From assembly GCF_009834535.1 (NCBI RefSeq), contig NC_045696.1, positions 99,822,001-99,886,000 of the forward strand: a stretch of 64,000 bases of DNA, in the 5' to 3' direction. Source of the stretch: Camelus ferus. Its lineage: Eukaryota. Both the position numbers and the translations under genes were made by a program. The notes under the pieces were generated by a model. It was not told the DNA's origin and did not search any database. It saw nothing but the letters and a program-made list of their open reading frames with translations. Each line of letters starts with the position of its first letter. Positions within the stretch are counted from its first letter, which is position 1. This document shows positions 14,330 through 25,820 of this stretch, piece after piece.

Positions 14330-14528
14330 ATTTATTCAGTGATTTGACACGTACATAGTGAGCAGTCACTTTGAGACAGGCACTGTTCTAGGTACTTGGG
14401 CTATGTGAGTGACTAAAACATGCAAAGTTTGTTTCAGTTAAGGAGTTTAGGTTGGAGCAAAGCATTATTATAAAAGAAGCAATAAACATAATAAACAAAT
14501 AAATTATATGACATGATAGAAAGTGATA
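14330..14528 (-). mobile_element. L2 3' end
   Basis: tcatttattcag...gacaggcactgttctaggtacttggg is an antisense L2 tail. Confidence 0.65.
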
Positions 14529-16547
14529 CCTATATCAAGCAACAGGAAAAATTTCAAATAAACAAGCTAACATTACATTTAAATGAACTAGAAAAAGAAC
14601 AAATAAACCTCAAAGTTGGTAGAAAAAAGGAAAAACCAAGGATTAGAACAGAAAAAATAATGATATAGAGAATAAAAAGACAATTTAAAAAATTAATAAA
14701 TCTAAAACCTAGTTATTTGAAAAGATAAAACTGATAAACCTTTAAGTAGATTCACCAAGAAAAAGAGAGGATTCAAATAAATAAAATCATAAATGAAAGA
14801 AGAAATATTATAATAGATACCACAGAAATAAAAATGAGCATAAGCGACTACTGTGAATAATATAATTACTATATAATATTGCCAACAAATTTGACAACCT
14901 AGGAGAAATGAATAAACTCCTAGAAATATAAAATCTACCAAGACTGAATCATGAAGAAATAGAAAATCTGACCAGACTGATTGCTTGCAAGGATATTGAA
15001 TCAATAATCAAAAAACCCCCAGCAAAGTCCAGGATCAAATGGCTTCACTGGTGAATTCTATCAAATATTTAAAGAAGAATGAATACCACTTCTTCTCAAA
15101 CTCTTCCAAAAAACAGAAAAGGAGAAAACACTTCCAAACTCATTTTATGAGGCCAAAATTATCTTGATACCAAAACCACACAAGGACACCACAAGAAAGA
15201 AAATTACAGACCAGTGTACCTGATGAACACAGATATAAAAATCTTCCACAAAATAATATCCAGTCAAATTGAGCAATACATTAAAATGATCATACATCAT
15301 GATCAAGCAGGATTTATTCCAGGGATATAAAAATGGTTAAACACCCACAAATCAATCAGTGTGACAAACCACATTAACAAAATGAAGGATAAGTTATCTG
15401 ATCATTGCAATAGATGCAGAAAATTTGATAAAATTCAATATCCATCTGTGATAAAAACTCTCAACAAAGTAGTTACAGAGAAAACATACCTCAACATAAT
15501 AAATGCTATATCTGATAAGCCCTCAGCTAACATTACATTCAATAGTGAACAGCTGAAAGCTTTTTCTCTAAGTTTAGGAACAAGACGATGATGCCCACTC
15601 TTGTGCTTTTATTCAACACAGTATTGGAAGTCCTACCCAGAGAAAATGGACAAGAAAAAGAAATAAAAGATATCCAAATTGGAAAGAAAGTAGTAAAACT
15701 GTCATGATTTGCAGAAGACATGAAATTATATATAAAAAACCCTAAAGACTCCAACAAAAATCTGTTAGAATAAACAAATTAAGTAAAGTTGGAGGATACC
15801 CAATCAATATACAAAAATCTTGTGCTTTTATACACTAATAATGAACTATCAGAAAGAGAAACTAAGAAAAATTCCATTTACAATTGCATCAAAAAGAAAA
15901 AACACCTAGGCACACATTTAACCAAGGAAGTGAAAGACTAGTACATGGAAAACTGTAAGACATTAATGAAAGAAATTGAAGAAGAAATAAATAAATGGAA
16001 ATATGTGGATTGTAAGAATTAATATTGTGAAAATGTGCGTACTGTTCAAAGCAATCTACAGATTCAAGACAAACCCTATAAGAATTCCAATGGCATCCTT
16101 CACAGAACTAGAGCAAACAATCCTAAAGCTTAAGTGGACAGAAAAAAGTCTTCAAATAGCCAAAGCAATCTAGAGAAAGAAGAACAAAGCTGGAGGCATT
16201 CCACTCCTTGATTTCAAATGATATTACAAAGCTATAGTAATCAAAACTGTGTGGTATTGGCATAACAACAGACACATAGATCAATGGAAGAGAATAGAGA
16301 GCCCAGAAATAAACCCATGCGTATATAATCAATTAATTAATGATGAAGGAGCCAAGAATATACAATGAAGAAAATTACAGTCTCTTCAATAAATGAATGG
16401 TGTTGGGAAAACTGGAAAGCCACATGCAAAAGAATAAAACTGGATCACTATCTTACACCATACACAGAATTAACTCAAAATGGATTAAAAACTTGAATGT
16501 AATACCTGAAACCATAAACTCCTCCAGATGAAAACATAGGCAGTAAG
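14529..16547 (+). mobile_element. L1 ORF2 internal fragment (~2 kb, includes RT region; disrupted)
   Basis: ORF 15361-15591 reads [48 protein letters not shown], matching L1 RT; tttgcagaagacatg (FAEDM) matches the FADDM motif. Many stops and frameshifts; no 3'UTR. Confidence 0.95.
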
Positions 16548-16920
16548 GATATGATAAACAGCTGAGGAAACAGAGCCAAAAAATAAAACAGAAAAATATA
16601 GTTAGATGGTAAAAATTACTAGTATCAAGAATTTTAAGAGAGGGAACTCACCACAGATCTGAATTAAATTTAAAAACCAATAAAAAAAAAAAGTGCTAGG
16701 GAAGATTACATATTCTGGAAAATGGATCAAACATTTCCATCCCACATGCCCTTTTTCCAGTGTAATTCTGACATTCCTCCCATACAGAGGTGTGGTCTGT
16801 GCTCTCTCCCTTGAATCTGGGTGGATGTGTGACTGTAGAAGATAAGATTTTCTGAAATTTCTAAGGCTAGGTCACAAAAGGTCATAACTTTCTAGCAGGT
16901 TCTCCTGGGATACTAGCTAC

Positions 16921-17492
16921 TGTAATTGTGGGAGTTTAAGTACACTATTCCATAGTATTATTGTTGCCTTGGGATCTATTTTGTTTGGCCAAGTGGCCCA
17001 TAGGGACCGTAAACTAATACTAATCCCCTCATTTTAAGTACATGTCTAGATTAACAGCCCACAGAGTCACAAACAAATGAAAGTTTTTGATATGACTTCC
17101 CCAACAGCCCTTGTGATAGACAATCTTTCCCACTTCCCAGGGCCTTCCCCTATGCATCCCTTAGATAAGACTTTCTCAGAGTTTACCAAAACCCTACTCT
17201 TTTTGATTTGAATTGACCAAATGGGCCTTAGCCAGGGAACCCCAAGGCAATCCAAGAACAGAGGCTATGGATCCTACTAAAGGCATGTGCCTCAAGTCCA
17301 GTCTCTCTCTGCCTGCACCCTGCTTTGACCTTCCCACATGGCCCCTCAAGGTGTGCCATGTACTTCCTCCAAAATCTGTGAGTAACAAACTCCTCTGTTT
17401 TAATTTCTCTTGTGATCTGCTGTGGAACCCGTGGCTCATCATCCAGCACTCTATGTTTCACTTAACAAGTGTTAATGTAACAAAGTCATAAC
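16921..17492 (+). mobile_element. Solo ERV LTR nested in MLT1
   Basis: TG start (tgtaattgtggg) and CA end (cataaca); internal polyA-like gagtaacaaactcc and U5-like tail. TSD not resolved. Confidence 0.6.
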
Positions 17493-17813
17493 ACATCACT
17501 CAGCCATTATGTGAGGGTAAGTCTGAACAGACCTTGGAAAGGACCACGTGGAGAGGAGATAGGATTCCCTTGCCCATAGCTCTGATTGAGCTTCCACAAG
17601 CACCAATTTGTCAGCCATATGAATAAGTCTCTATGAAAGTTAATCTTCAAGCCCCAACTGATCCACCTTAGCTATTTCCACATACAGAAAGAAGCTGCCC
17701 AAGTGAGTTCAGCTGAAATAGCAGCATGATAAGTATAAGAATTTGTTGTTGTTTTAACACAACAAATCCACTAGAATTCTACGTATTCTGTTAAGTATCA
17801 ACAGATAACTGGT

Positions 17814-18655
17814 TGGTGTGAGGTGATACCTCATTGCAGTTTTGATTTGCATTTCTCTGATAATTAGTGATATTAAGCCATCATTCAAAAGTCCACAAAT
17901 GACAAATGCTGGAGAGGCTGTGGAGAAAGGGGAACCCTCCTACACTGCTGGTGGCAATGCAGTTTGGTGCAGCCACTGTGGAAAACAGTGTGGAGATTCC
18001 TCAAAAGACTAGGAATAGACTTACCATATGACCCAGGAATCCCACTCCTGGGCATATATCCAGAAGGAATCCTACCTTAAAAAGACACCTGCACCCCAAT
18101 GTTCATAGCAGCACTATTTACACTAGCCAACACATGGAAACAGCCTAAATGTCCATCAACAGATGACTGGATAAAGAAGATGTGGTATATTTATACAATG
18201 GAATACTATTCAGCCACAAAACCCAACAACATAACACCAATTGCTGCAACATGGATGTTCTTGGAGAATGTCATTCTAAGTGAAGTAAGCCAGAAAGAGA
18301 AGGAAAATACCATATGAGATCACTCATACATGGAATCTAAAAAAAAAAAACAAACATAAATACAAAACAGAAACAGAGTGATAGACATAGAATACAAACT
18401 TGTGGTTGCCAAGGGGGCAAGGGGTGGGAAGAGACAGACTGGGATTTCAAATTGTAGAATAGATAAACAAGATTATACTGTATAGCACAGGGAAATACGT
18501 ATAAGATCTTGTGGTAGCTCACAGCAAAAAAAAAAAAAAATGTAACAATGAATATATGTATGTTCAGGTATAACTGAAAAGTTGTCCTCTATACTGGAAT
18601 TTGACACAACATTGTAAAATGACTATAACTCAATAAAAAAATGTTTAAAAAAAAC
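17814..18655 (+). mobile_element. Young L1 with 5' inversion (twin priming), 12-bp TSD
   Basis: 17814-~17876 is antisense L1 ORF2 and ~17877-18655 is sense ORF2 end (MFIAALFT..TWKQPKCPSTDDWIKKMWYIYTMEYYSA) + 3'UTR + A-tail. TSD cagataactggt at 17802-17813 and 18656-18667. Confidence 0.92.
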
Positions 18656-18830
18656 CAGATAACTGGTATACAGGTAATGAACAAATGTATGTCAATAAAT
18701 TTAAATATTTGGATGAGATGTGTAAATTACTAGAAAAACACCATTTATCAAAGAGATTTAAGAAAAGATAAAATACATAAAAGTCCTATGTCTGTTAAAT
18801 AAATTGAATTAATTAAAATGTCCTGGGGTT

Positions 18831-18940
18831 GGGGGAGCAACTATAGCTCAGTACTAGAGCACGTGCTTAGCATGTACAAGATCATGGGTTCAATCTCCAA
18901 TACCTCCTTAAAAAATTTAAAATTAAAAAAAAATAAAAAG
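18831..18940 (+). mobile_element. tRNA-Ala-derived camelid SINE (vic-1-like), degenerate
   Basis: tatagctcagtactagagcacgtgcttagcatgtacaagatcatgggttcaatctcc contains A and B boxes, followed by an A-rich tail. Confidence 0.85.
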
Positions 18941-19749
18941 AGATATGCTTTAAAAAATTGAAAATGTCTAAATCATAAAAAAGTTTTAATAAATAAATAA
19001 AACATCCTCCCCAAAAGAGACTTAACCAAAAATTTCCTCAAAAAAGAAAAATTTACTCAAACTTTATCAGTCATTTAAGACATAGCACCAATTTAACATT
19101 ATACTCCCAGGTTGGATAGAATAGCTTTATCAGACTAACCCTCCTGCCAAGAACAACTATAAAAGCTAAATAAAATATACAATGCAAGTATCTGAAGATA
19201 TCTGAGATCTACTAGAATACTAAAAAGAAAGGAAGGAGAGAGATACACTTTATAATGAGCCCCACACATGCCATTCCTTTTTTTCTCAGGGATTTGTTGA
19301 TTTAGGGAGTGAGGAACAAAAGCCTTGCACTAAGTAGTACCCAGTGCTTAAAGAGCCTTAGTGCCCTCAGGACTTGGCAATGACTCTGGAGTACTGCAGT
19401 TGAGACCCAAAAGAGCTACAAGACAGAAGTGGCAGGCATTCTCTCAGATTAAAAGCAAATTAGGAAAAGGTCAGGGCCTAATAAAGTCTAAATACTCATC
19501 TGACTAGATTGAAATGATCTGTCTAGAGTCCATCAGCCTTCAAGAAGAAAATCAAATCCTCTTTGAAAGGAAATAAAATAATAAAGAGCCTTTATAATTT
19601 TGTATGCACAATGTTCAGTATTTGATCAAAAATCACTAGTCATGTCAAGAAAGCACACACAATAACTGCAAATCAGGAGAAAAAATAAGCATTACAAAAA
19701 GACCCCAAGAGAATCATATATTAGAATTATCAGACTTGGAAAGGGCTAT

Positions 19750-19920
19750 TAGATAAACAACAGGGTCCCATGGTATAGCACAGGGAACTATATTCAATAT
19801 CTTATAATAACCTGTTATGAAAAAGAATATGTGTATATATATATATGTATGTGACAAATCAGCACATTGTACACAAGAAACTAATACAACATTGTTAATT
19901 AACTATACTTCAATTTTAAA
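19750..19920 (+). mobile_element. L1 3' end (younger) nested in old L1
   Basis: agataaacaacagggtcccatggtatagcacagggaactatattcaatatctt...acaacattgttaattaactatacttcaat. Confidence 0.8.
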
Positions 19921-20909
19921 AAGACATTATAGATATATGCAAAAAATTCAGGAAATGATGCAGATTTTCATCACAACACAGAATACTATTAAAAGTATTA
20001 AATTGATATGATAAAACTGGAAGGAAAAGACCGGTATTAAATTTTAAATGAATAGACTTAATACCACATTAGTTACATTAGAGATATATCAGTAGAAAAT
20101 GTGTAGAATGAACCACAGAAAAGAAAAGAGGCTGGAAATTTAAAGAAGAGAAGAAAACATATATGGGAGATGGTAAATAGAATTTTATTTCATTGGAGTC
20201 ACAGAAGGAAAGAAAAAAAAAAAATGAGGCAAAGCTTTATTTGAAGAAAAAAAAATGGCAGAGAATTTCCCAAATGTAAAAATAAACATCATACCAGAGA
20301 TTAAAGATAGCTGCAAGCACCATGAAAATATCCACAAAGAAGCACCCACCTAGGGGTATATAGAAAAAGTGCTGAAAACTAAAGAGAAATTTTTAAAACC
20401 TGTAAAAACAGACAGACCAAAAACATCAACAATAATAACAGCAACCAATTTTTCAATATAAACAATAGAAATCAGAATATAACATAGGAACATCATTAAA
20501 GTGCTGTAAGAAAATAATTGCCAAGTGGGAATTTATACCCCCCAACAGTCAGAAACAAACTTAGCATAAAGATATTTTTAGACAAAAATAAACTGCAAGA
20601 AAGAATTCTTTAGATTAAAAACAAAATACCCTAGAAAAAAAGTATAATCATATGGGAAGGATTGAAGAATACCAGAAAGAATAAATAATTGAAGAACTCT
20701 AAAGAAACATTGACTGTTTAAAATTATAATAGCAATGGCATATGGGGATAAACTATTGAAATAATTAAATTTTATGAAACAGCATTTGATAAGGTGGGAA
20801 CGGGTTAAATCAAGTTAAAGTGTTGTAATAGTCTTACGTTGTCTGGGAAACAGACATAGTATTAATTGAAGGTAAATGGCCATGAGAATGCCTGTTGAAA
20901 TCCTCAGTG

Positions 20910-21108
20910 CAGCACTTCTGACTAGAACTTGCTATAATAACTGACATGTTCCATAACCTGTGTGTCCTACACGATAGCCTTAAGCCACATATGGCTATTG
21001 ATCACATAAAATGTGGCTAGTGAGATGGAGAAATTGAATTTTAAATTTCATTTAATTTAAATTTAAATAGCCATATGTGGCTAGTAGTTACTGTATCGAA
21101 CTATGCAG
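20910..21108 (+). mobile_element. MER3 (hAT-Charlie non-autonomous)
   Basis: agccacatatggctattg..aaatgtggctagtg..attgaattttaaatt..aatagccatatgtggctagtagttactgtat matches MER3. Confidence 0.85.
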
Positions 21109-21820
21109 CTCTTGAAAAATCCCTTAAAAAGTATAAAAGAATATACAATGAACAAACTAATGGAGGGGGGAAATAAGAATTCTTTTAAACATGATTTATA
21201 TAAATGAGACAAGAAAGGAGAAAAATAACAAAGAACAAATAAAACATCATCAACAACAAAAGAACAAGTAATAAAGTAGTAGATTTAAACTCAAATAGGT
21301 AAGAAATTACATTAAATGGAAATGGAGGGGATACACCCATGAAAAGGGTGTAACTGTTAGACCAATAAATAAAAAATAAATACTTTGCTTCTAAGAGGTA
21401 TACCTTAAATATGAAATTACAGAAATGATGAAAGTAAAGAATATAAAAATATGTACCATATACACACTAACAACAACCAAAAAAACTATAAAATAGCAGG
21501 AAAAGGTTTTAGGGCAAAGAGTATTACTGAGATTAAAGGAGAAATTTTAAAATAAAAGTCACTTCAACAGAAAGATATAAAATCCCAAATCTCCATACAC
21601 CTAACATCATGGCCTTCAAACCCATGAAGCAAAAACTAACATAATTATAAAGAGAAACAGACAAAAATACAAAAATATGTGATAGTACCTAATAGAACAA
21701 GGAGTTATAGAAGCTTTGAATAAGATTAACCAAATTGACTCATATAGACAGTAACTATAGAAATACATATTCTTTTCAAGTGCACATATTTACCAAAATC
21801 CCAATCAAAATACCATCAGG

Positions 21821-21822
<2 letters not shown>

Positions 21823-21870
<48 letters not shown>
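21823..21870. repeat. (TG)24 microsatellite
   Basis: 48 nt of perfect TG repeat. Confidence 0.98.
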
Positions 21871-21876
<6 letters not shown>

Positions 21877-23737
21877 AAAATTGACATATAGGTTCTAAAC
21901 TGTATATGGAAATTAAAACAGTCAAAAAAAGGCCAAGATATTCTTGAAGATGAGCAAATTGAAGACATATACTTCCAGAAATAAAGACTTAATACAAAGC
22001 TACATAAATTAAAAGAGCTAGATATTTGCAAAAAAAAAAAAATTTAAGTAACCATTAGAATAAAGGAGTCTAGAAACAGAAACAAATTTATATTACTTGA
22101 ATTATAAGAAAAACTCTACAGCAGTGCATTGCATGAAAAAGAATATTGACCCCCTACTTCACATCACACATAAAAATAGAATCCAAGAGGTTTATAAATG
22201 TTTCTCAGGAAAAATCTTTATCACCACTGGATAAGGAAAAATTTTTTAAGCAGAACATAAATATTTTAGAAGTTAAATTTATTAGGACAAAAGTGGATTA
22301 ACTGAACTTCCTTAAAATTAAAACTTGTTTATCAAAACCACCATTAAGAGTGTGAAGAGGTGAGCCTCAGAGTAGGATAAAATATTTTTAACACCTATAT
22401 GAGACAAGAGCTCTTTCCTAGAGTCTATAAAGAGTCTACAAATCAGTAAGAGAATGAGACAATGTAACAGTGGGCAAAAGATTTAAACAGGCATTTCATA
22501 AGAGTGAACATTATATGGCTAATAAACATGTAAATAGAGAAACAAAATTGAAAACTCTGGATGGTTAAAATGTACCTGTAGATACCCTACGACCTAGCAA
22601 TTCAGCTCTTCCTTTGTACACTGATGGAAAGTGAATATGTACGCGCAAGAACAGTCACAGCAGCACTACTCCCAACAATCAAAATCTGAAAAGAAGAATA
22701 TTTATTGATAAGAGGATTGATAAATACATTGGGGATATCCGTATGATGGAATACTATTCCACAATAAGGATGAACAAACCATCATTATATGCAATAACAT
22801 GAAGGAATCTCATGTAAATCTATCTCATATTCTGGATATGGATGTGTTCATTTTTTGAAAAGTGCACAAACACAAGGTATAATTCAATAAATGTTTACTT
22901 AAACACTTTACTCCAACTACTCTTTTGAGAATAGACTGTGGATGAGGCCAAGGGTAGGAGGATGAGGATGAGAAAGGAGGCGATCGCAGTCTCCTTAAGC
23001 ACTGAATGGTTTTGGTTCCCCCATGGAGGAGTAGGGATAAGAAGTTCCCTTGTTATTGCATGTATGGTAAAAAAGGGAAAAGATTTGCTGGTAGGTTGGA
23101 TGTGTTGTGAGAGAAATGAGCAATTCAAGAATAATTCCAAGTATCTGACTCTGAGCACCAAGAAAAAATGAAGTAGTTATCAAATAAGATTAAAAGGTTT
23201 TAGGAGGATCAAGTTTTTAGGAATAAAATTAGGAACTCAATTTTCTAGTTGTTGGGTTTAGGGTATCTACCAGACATCCAAGTAGAGCTGTGGGCTAAAT
23301 CACCGCATAGACAAATCTGGATTTCAGGGAGGGAATTGGGGCCTAAGATATAAACTTGGGAGTCATCAACATTCTAATGTTATTTGGAACCATGAAATCA
23401 ACCAGGAAGTGTGTGATGTTAGAGTGAAAAAAAAAAAAGGACCAAAAATTGAGCTCTGGGACACTTCATCATTAAAAGAAAATTGAGGAGAAGAGAAGAA
23501 ACCAGCATAAAAGACAGAGAAAGACTAAGTAAGGAAGGAAGAAAGCCACAGGACTAAAGTATTCTCCAGTGAAATGAACATGCAGAAAATGAAGGAGATA
23601 AGTGGATCAAGTAAGATGATATTTGACTAGTGAGTTAAGCAATACAAGGTTATTTACGGTGATGAGAATAATACTGATGGAGGGCTCAGAACAAAGGCTT
23701 AATTGGAGCAAATTTAAAAGCAAATGGTTAGATTAAG

Positions 23738-23836
23738 TATATATGTGTGTGTGTGTATATATATATATACACACACACACATATATAATGTATATACACA
23801 TGTATATGTGTGTGTGTGTATACACACATATACACA
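23738..23836. repeat. Compound TA/TG/CA microsatellite containing a perfect 50-bp palindrome
   Basis: 23738-23787 reads (TA)3(TG)6(TA)7(CA)6(TA)3, which is its own reverse complement. Confidence 0.95.
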
Positions 23837-23839
23837 TAA

Positions 23840-24125
23840 CAAATGGAATGTTAAGCAAGAGAAAGCAGATGCAAAAGAGTACATGCTCTGCAACTCCATT
23901 TACAAAATACAAAAACCAAAATAACCAAACTAAGGTGTTAGAAGCCAGGAAACTTGACAGTTTCATTTTGGGAAGAGATGTTTTTGGAAGGAAGCATAGA
24001 GGAAGCCTCTGGGGTGCTGGTAATGTTATGTTCTGGTTGCTGTTTTCATGAGTGTGTTCAACTTGTGAAAAGTAATCAAGTGTATACTTGCAATATGTGC
24101 ATTTTTCTGTTTTTAAAGCAAAAAA
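23840..24125 (+). mobile_element. Old L1ME-type 3' end
   Basis: aatgttaagcaagagaaagcagatgcaaaagagtacatgc...ctctggggtgctggtaatgttatgttct...gtgtgttcaacttgtgaaaa. Confidence 0.75.
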
Positions 24126-24599
24126 GAAAGATGTGCACAAGAACTGGAGATGGAAATATAGAATACTTCTGAGAAACAAGCTGTGAATGGAAGCTAAGAA
24201 ATGAGGTGGTGACTGATAGGGGAAGTGAAGTCCAGATTTGTTTTTGTTGTTTTCCTTTCTCTTCTGTTTGGTGGGAGAAAGACTGTGTTTGTACATAACT
24301 AGGACAAATACAGTTAGGAAGAAAGAAACTGATCATGTAGGAGATAGAGAAAAGAAGTGGCTGGAGTGATGTCCTTGTGTAGGCAGGAGAGAATGGAATC
24401 CAGTACACAGGGGAGGGAGTGGTTTCAGATAAGAACACGGATAGTTCATCATTGGTCGTAAGTGAGAAGGCAGTGTGTGGATGATAGAGATGTGTATAAA
24501 ATTTTCCTTAAAGTGCTTTGATTTTCCCAGTGAAACAGAAAGCAATGTCAACAAGAGAGTATGAGGCTAGTGAGGAGGTGATAAAGATGTGAAGAGACA

Positions 24600-24930
24600 G
24601 TCACAATTATCTCAACAGATTAACAAAATACTTCATTCTTTTTTAACTATGTATCTGTGCAAAGCTGAATCTTCTTCATAGGATTCAACAAATACAACTT
24701 ACTGCAAGAAATTGAATACAGAAGCAGATATGAAAACATTTTCTATTGATAGACTTGAAAGAGATTTGCAAGAAATGTGAAATGATGCCATTCTCGCTAT
24801 TTTTTGTTTGTTTTGGGAAAAAACGTTTTTCATACAAAATGTTAATCATACATACATGAAATAGAATTATTATTTCTAAGTGAACTAGTAATAGACATTT
24901 AAATTTTTTAAAAAAGATGTAAACAGATAG
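24600..24930 (+). mobile_element. Charlie1-type hAT transposon 3' fragment
   Basis: actatgtatctgtgc..tcttca..aattgaatacagaagcagatatga..aagagatttgcaagaaatgt matches the Charlie1 transposase C-terminal region. Confidence 0.75.
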
Positions 24931-25329
24931 AGAAAAGTAATTTAAGACAAATGGTAGAGGGAAAAACAGAAATAAAGGAAGATTTGTCCAGCTGGATTTA
25001 AATCTCACTTTAGTGATCATTAATTTAAAAGCAAAATCAATCGGCATGTTGTTTGTTTTTCTCCTACCATTCAGCTGCAGAGATGCAGGTATTGAGCAAG
25101 TGGTGAATTAGAATTAAATTATGTGCTGGCTTTGCCTTGAAAGTGCAAAGTCAGTTAAGGTAAGAGATGAAGGTCTATGCATAGTAGTATTTACAATGTT
25201 TAAGCTGCGGAAGTGAGGAGAAGAGGACGGTGAAAAGTATCAGGATCAACAAACTGGAAGTCCCAAAGGGACAGAGAAATTCATTGGAATCAGTGTATTA
25301 ATTACACATTATAAGTATACACAGTACAT

Positions 25330-25820
25330 GAAAATCAGTATTATCATTTTATTAGTCAATGTTCATTATTTTTACTCACTATGGCCTTTTTGCATTTAAA
25401 ACAATCTCTTCTTTCTACAAATATCTTTTCCAATTTTTTTTAAAAATGAGAGCCTATCGGTAGCAGACTTCTCAGTTTTTGTTTTTCTAAAAGTATCTTG
25501 ATTTTGTTCTTATTCTTGAAAGCTATTTTTGCTGGAAATCTAGGTTGACAGTTCTTTTCTCTCAGCTCTTTGAAGATACTGTTCTTCTGTCTTGTAGCAT
25601 CAGAGTTGCTAGAAGCATTCTTCAGTTCATAAATCATTCTTCACTCTAATTGCTACTCTTTTGTAGGTGAGTTCTCCTTCCTCTCTGGCATTTTAAAAAT
25701 AATCTTCTCTTCTTCTTTGTTCTATAAATTTACTACCACATATGTAAGGTGGATTTGTTTTTATTTATTTTACATTGGATTTGTTGATCATCCTAAATAT
25801 GAAGCTTGTTGTTTTTCAGA
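25330..25820 (-). mobile_element. Old L1 fragment (ORF1 C-terminal region)
   Basis: ORF 25440-25637(-) SIFKELREKNCQPRFPAKIAFKNKNKIKILLEKQKLR resembles the L1 ORF1p C-terminus. Confidence 0.8.

Larger units (their letters stand above)
16694..18671 (+). mobile_element. MaLR MLT1-type LTR interrupted by an ERV LTR and a young L1
   Basis: 5' part ccccttgaatctgggtggatgtgtgactg...aggctaggtcacaaaagg; 3' part ccacgtggagaggag...ttgttgttgttttaa...agataactggtataca. Confidence 0.7.
19105..22860 (+). mobile_element. Old L1 (L1M) remnant spanning 5'UTR/ORF1/ORF2/3' parts, with nested insertions
   Basis: A-rich degraded L1 motifs (attggagtcacagaaggaaag, atggcagagaatttcccaaat, gacccctacttcacatcacaca, atggaatactattcc). 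Confidence 0.75.
22930..25290 (-). mobile_element. L2 fragments, interrupted by an L1 3' end and Charlie1
   Basis: Purine-rich antisense L2 motifs (aataattccaagtatctgactctgagcacc; agatataaacttgggagtcatcaac; gaatggaatccagtacacagg). Confidence 0.6.

Noticed and set aside
23714..24296. Longest ORF (187 aa) and overlapping ORFs
   Set aside because: They run through a dinucleotide microsatellite and L1/L2 debris; low-complexity artefacts.
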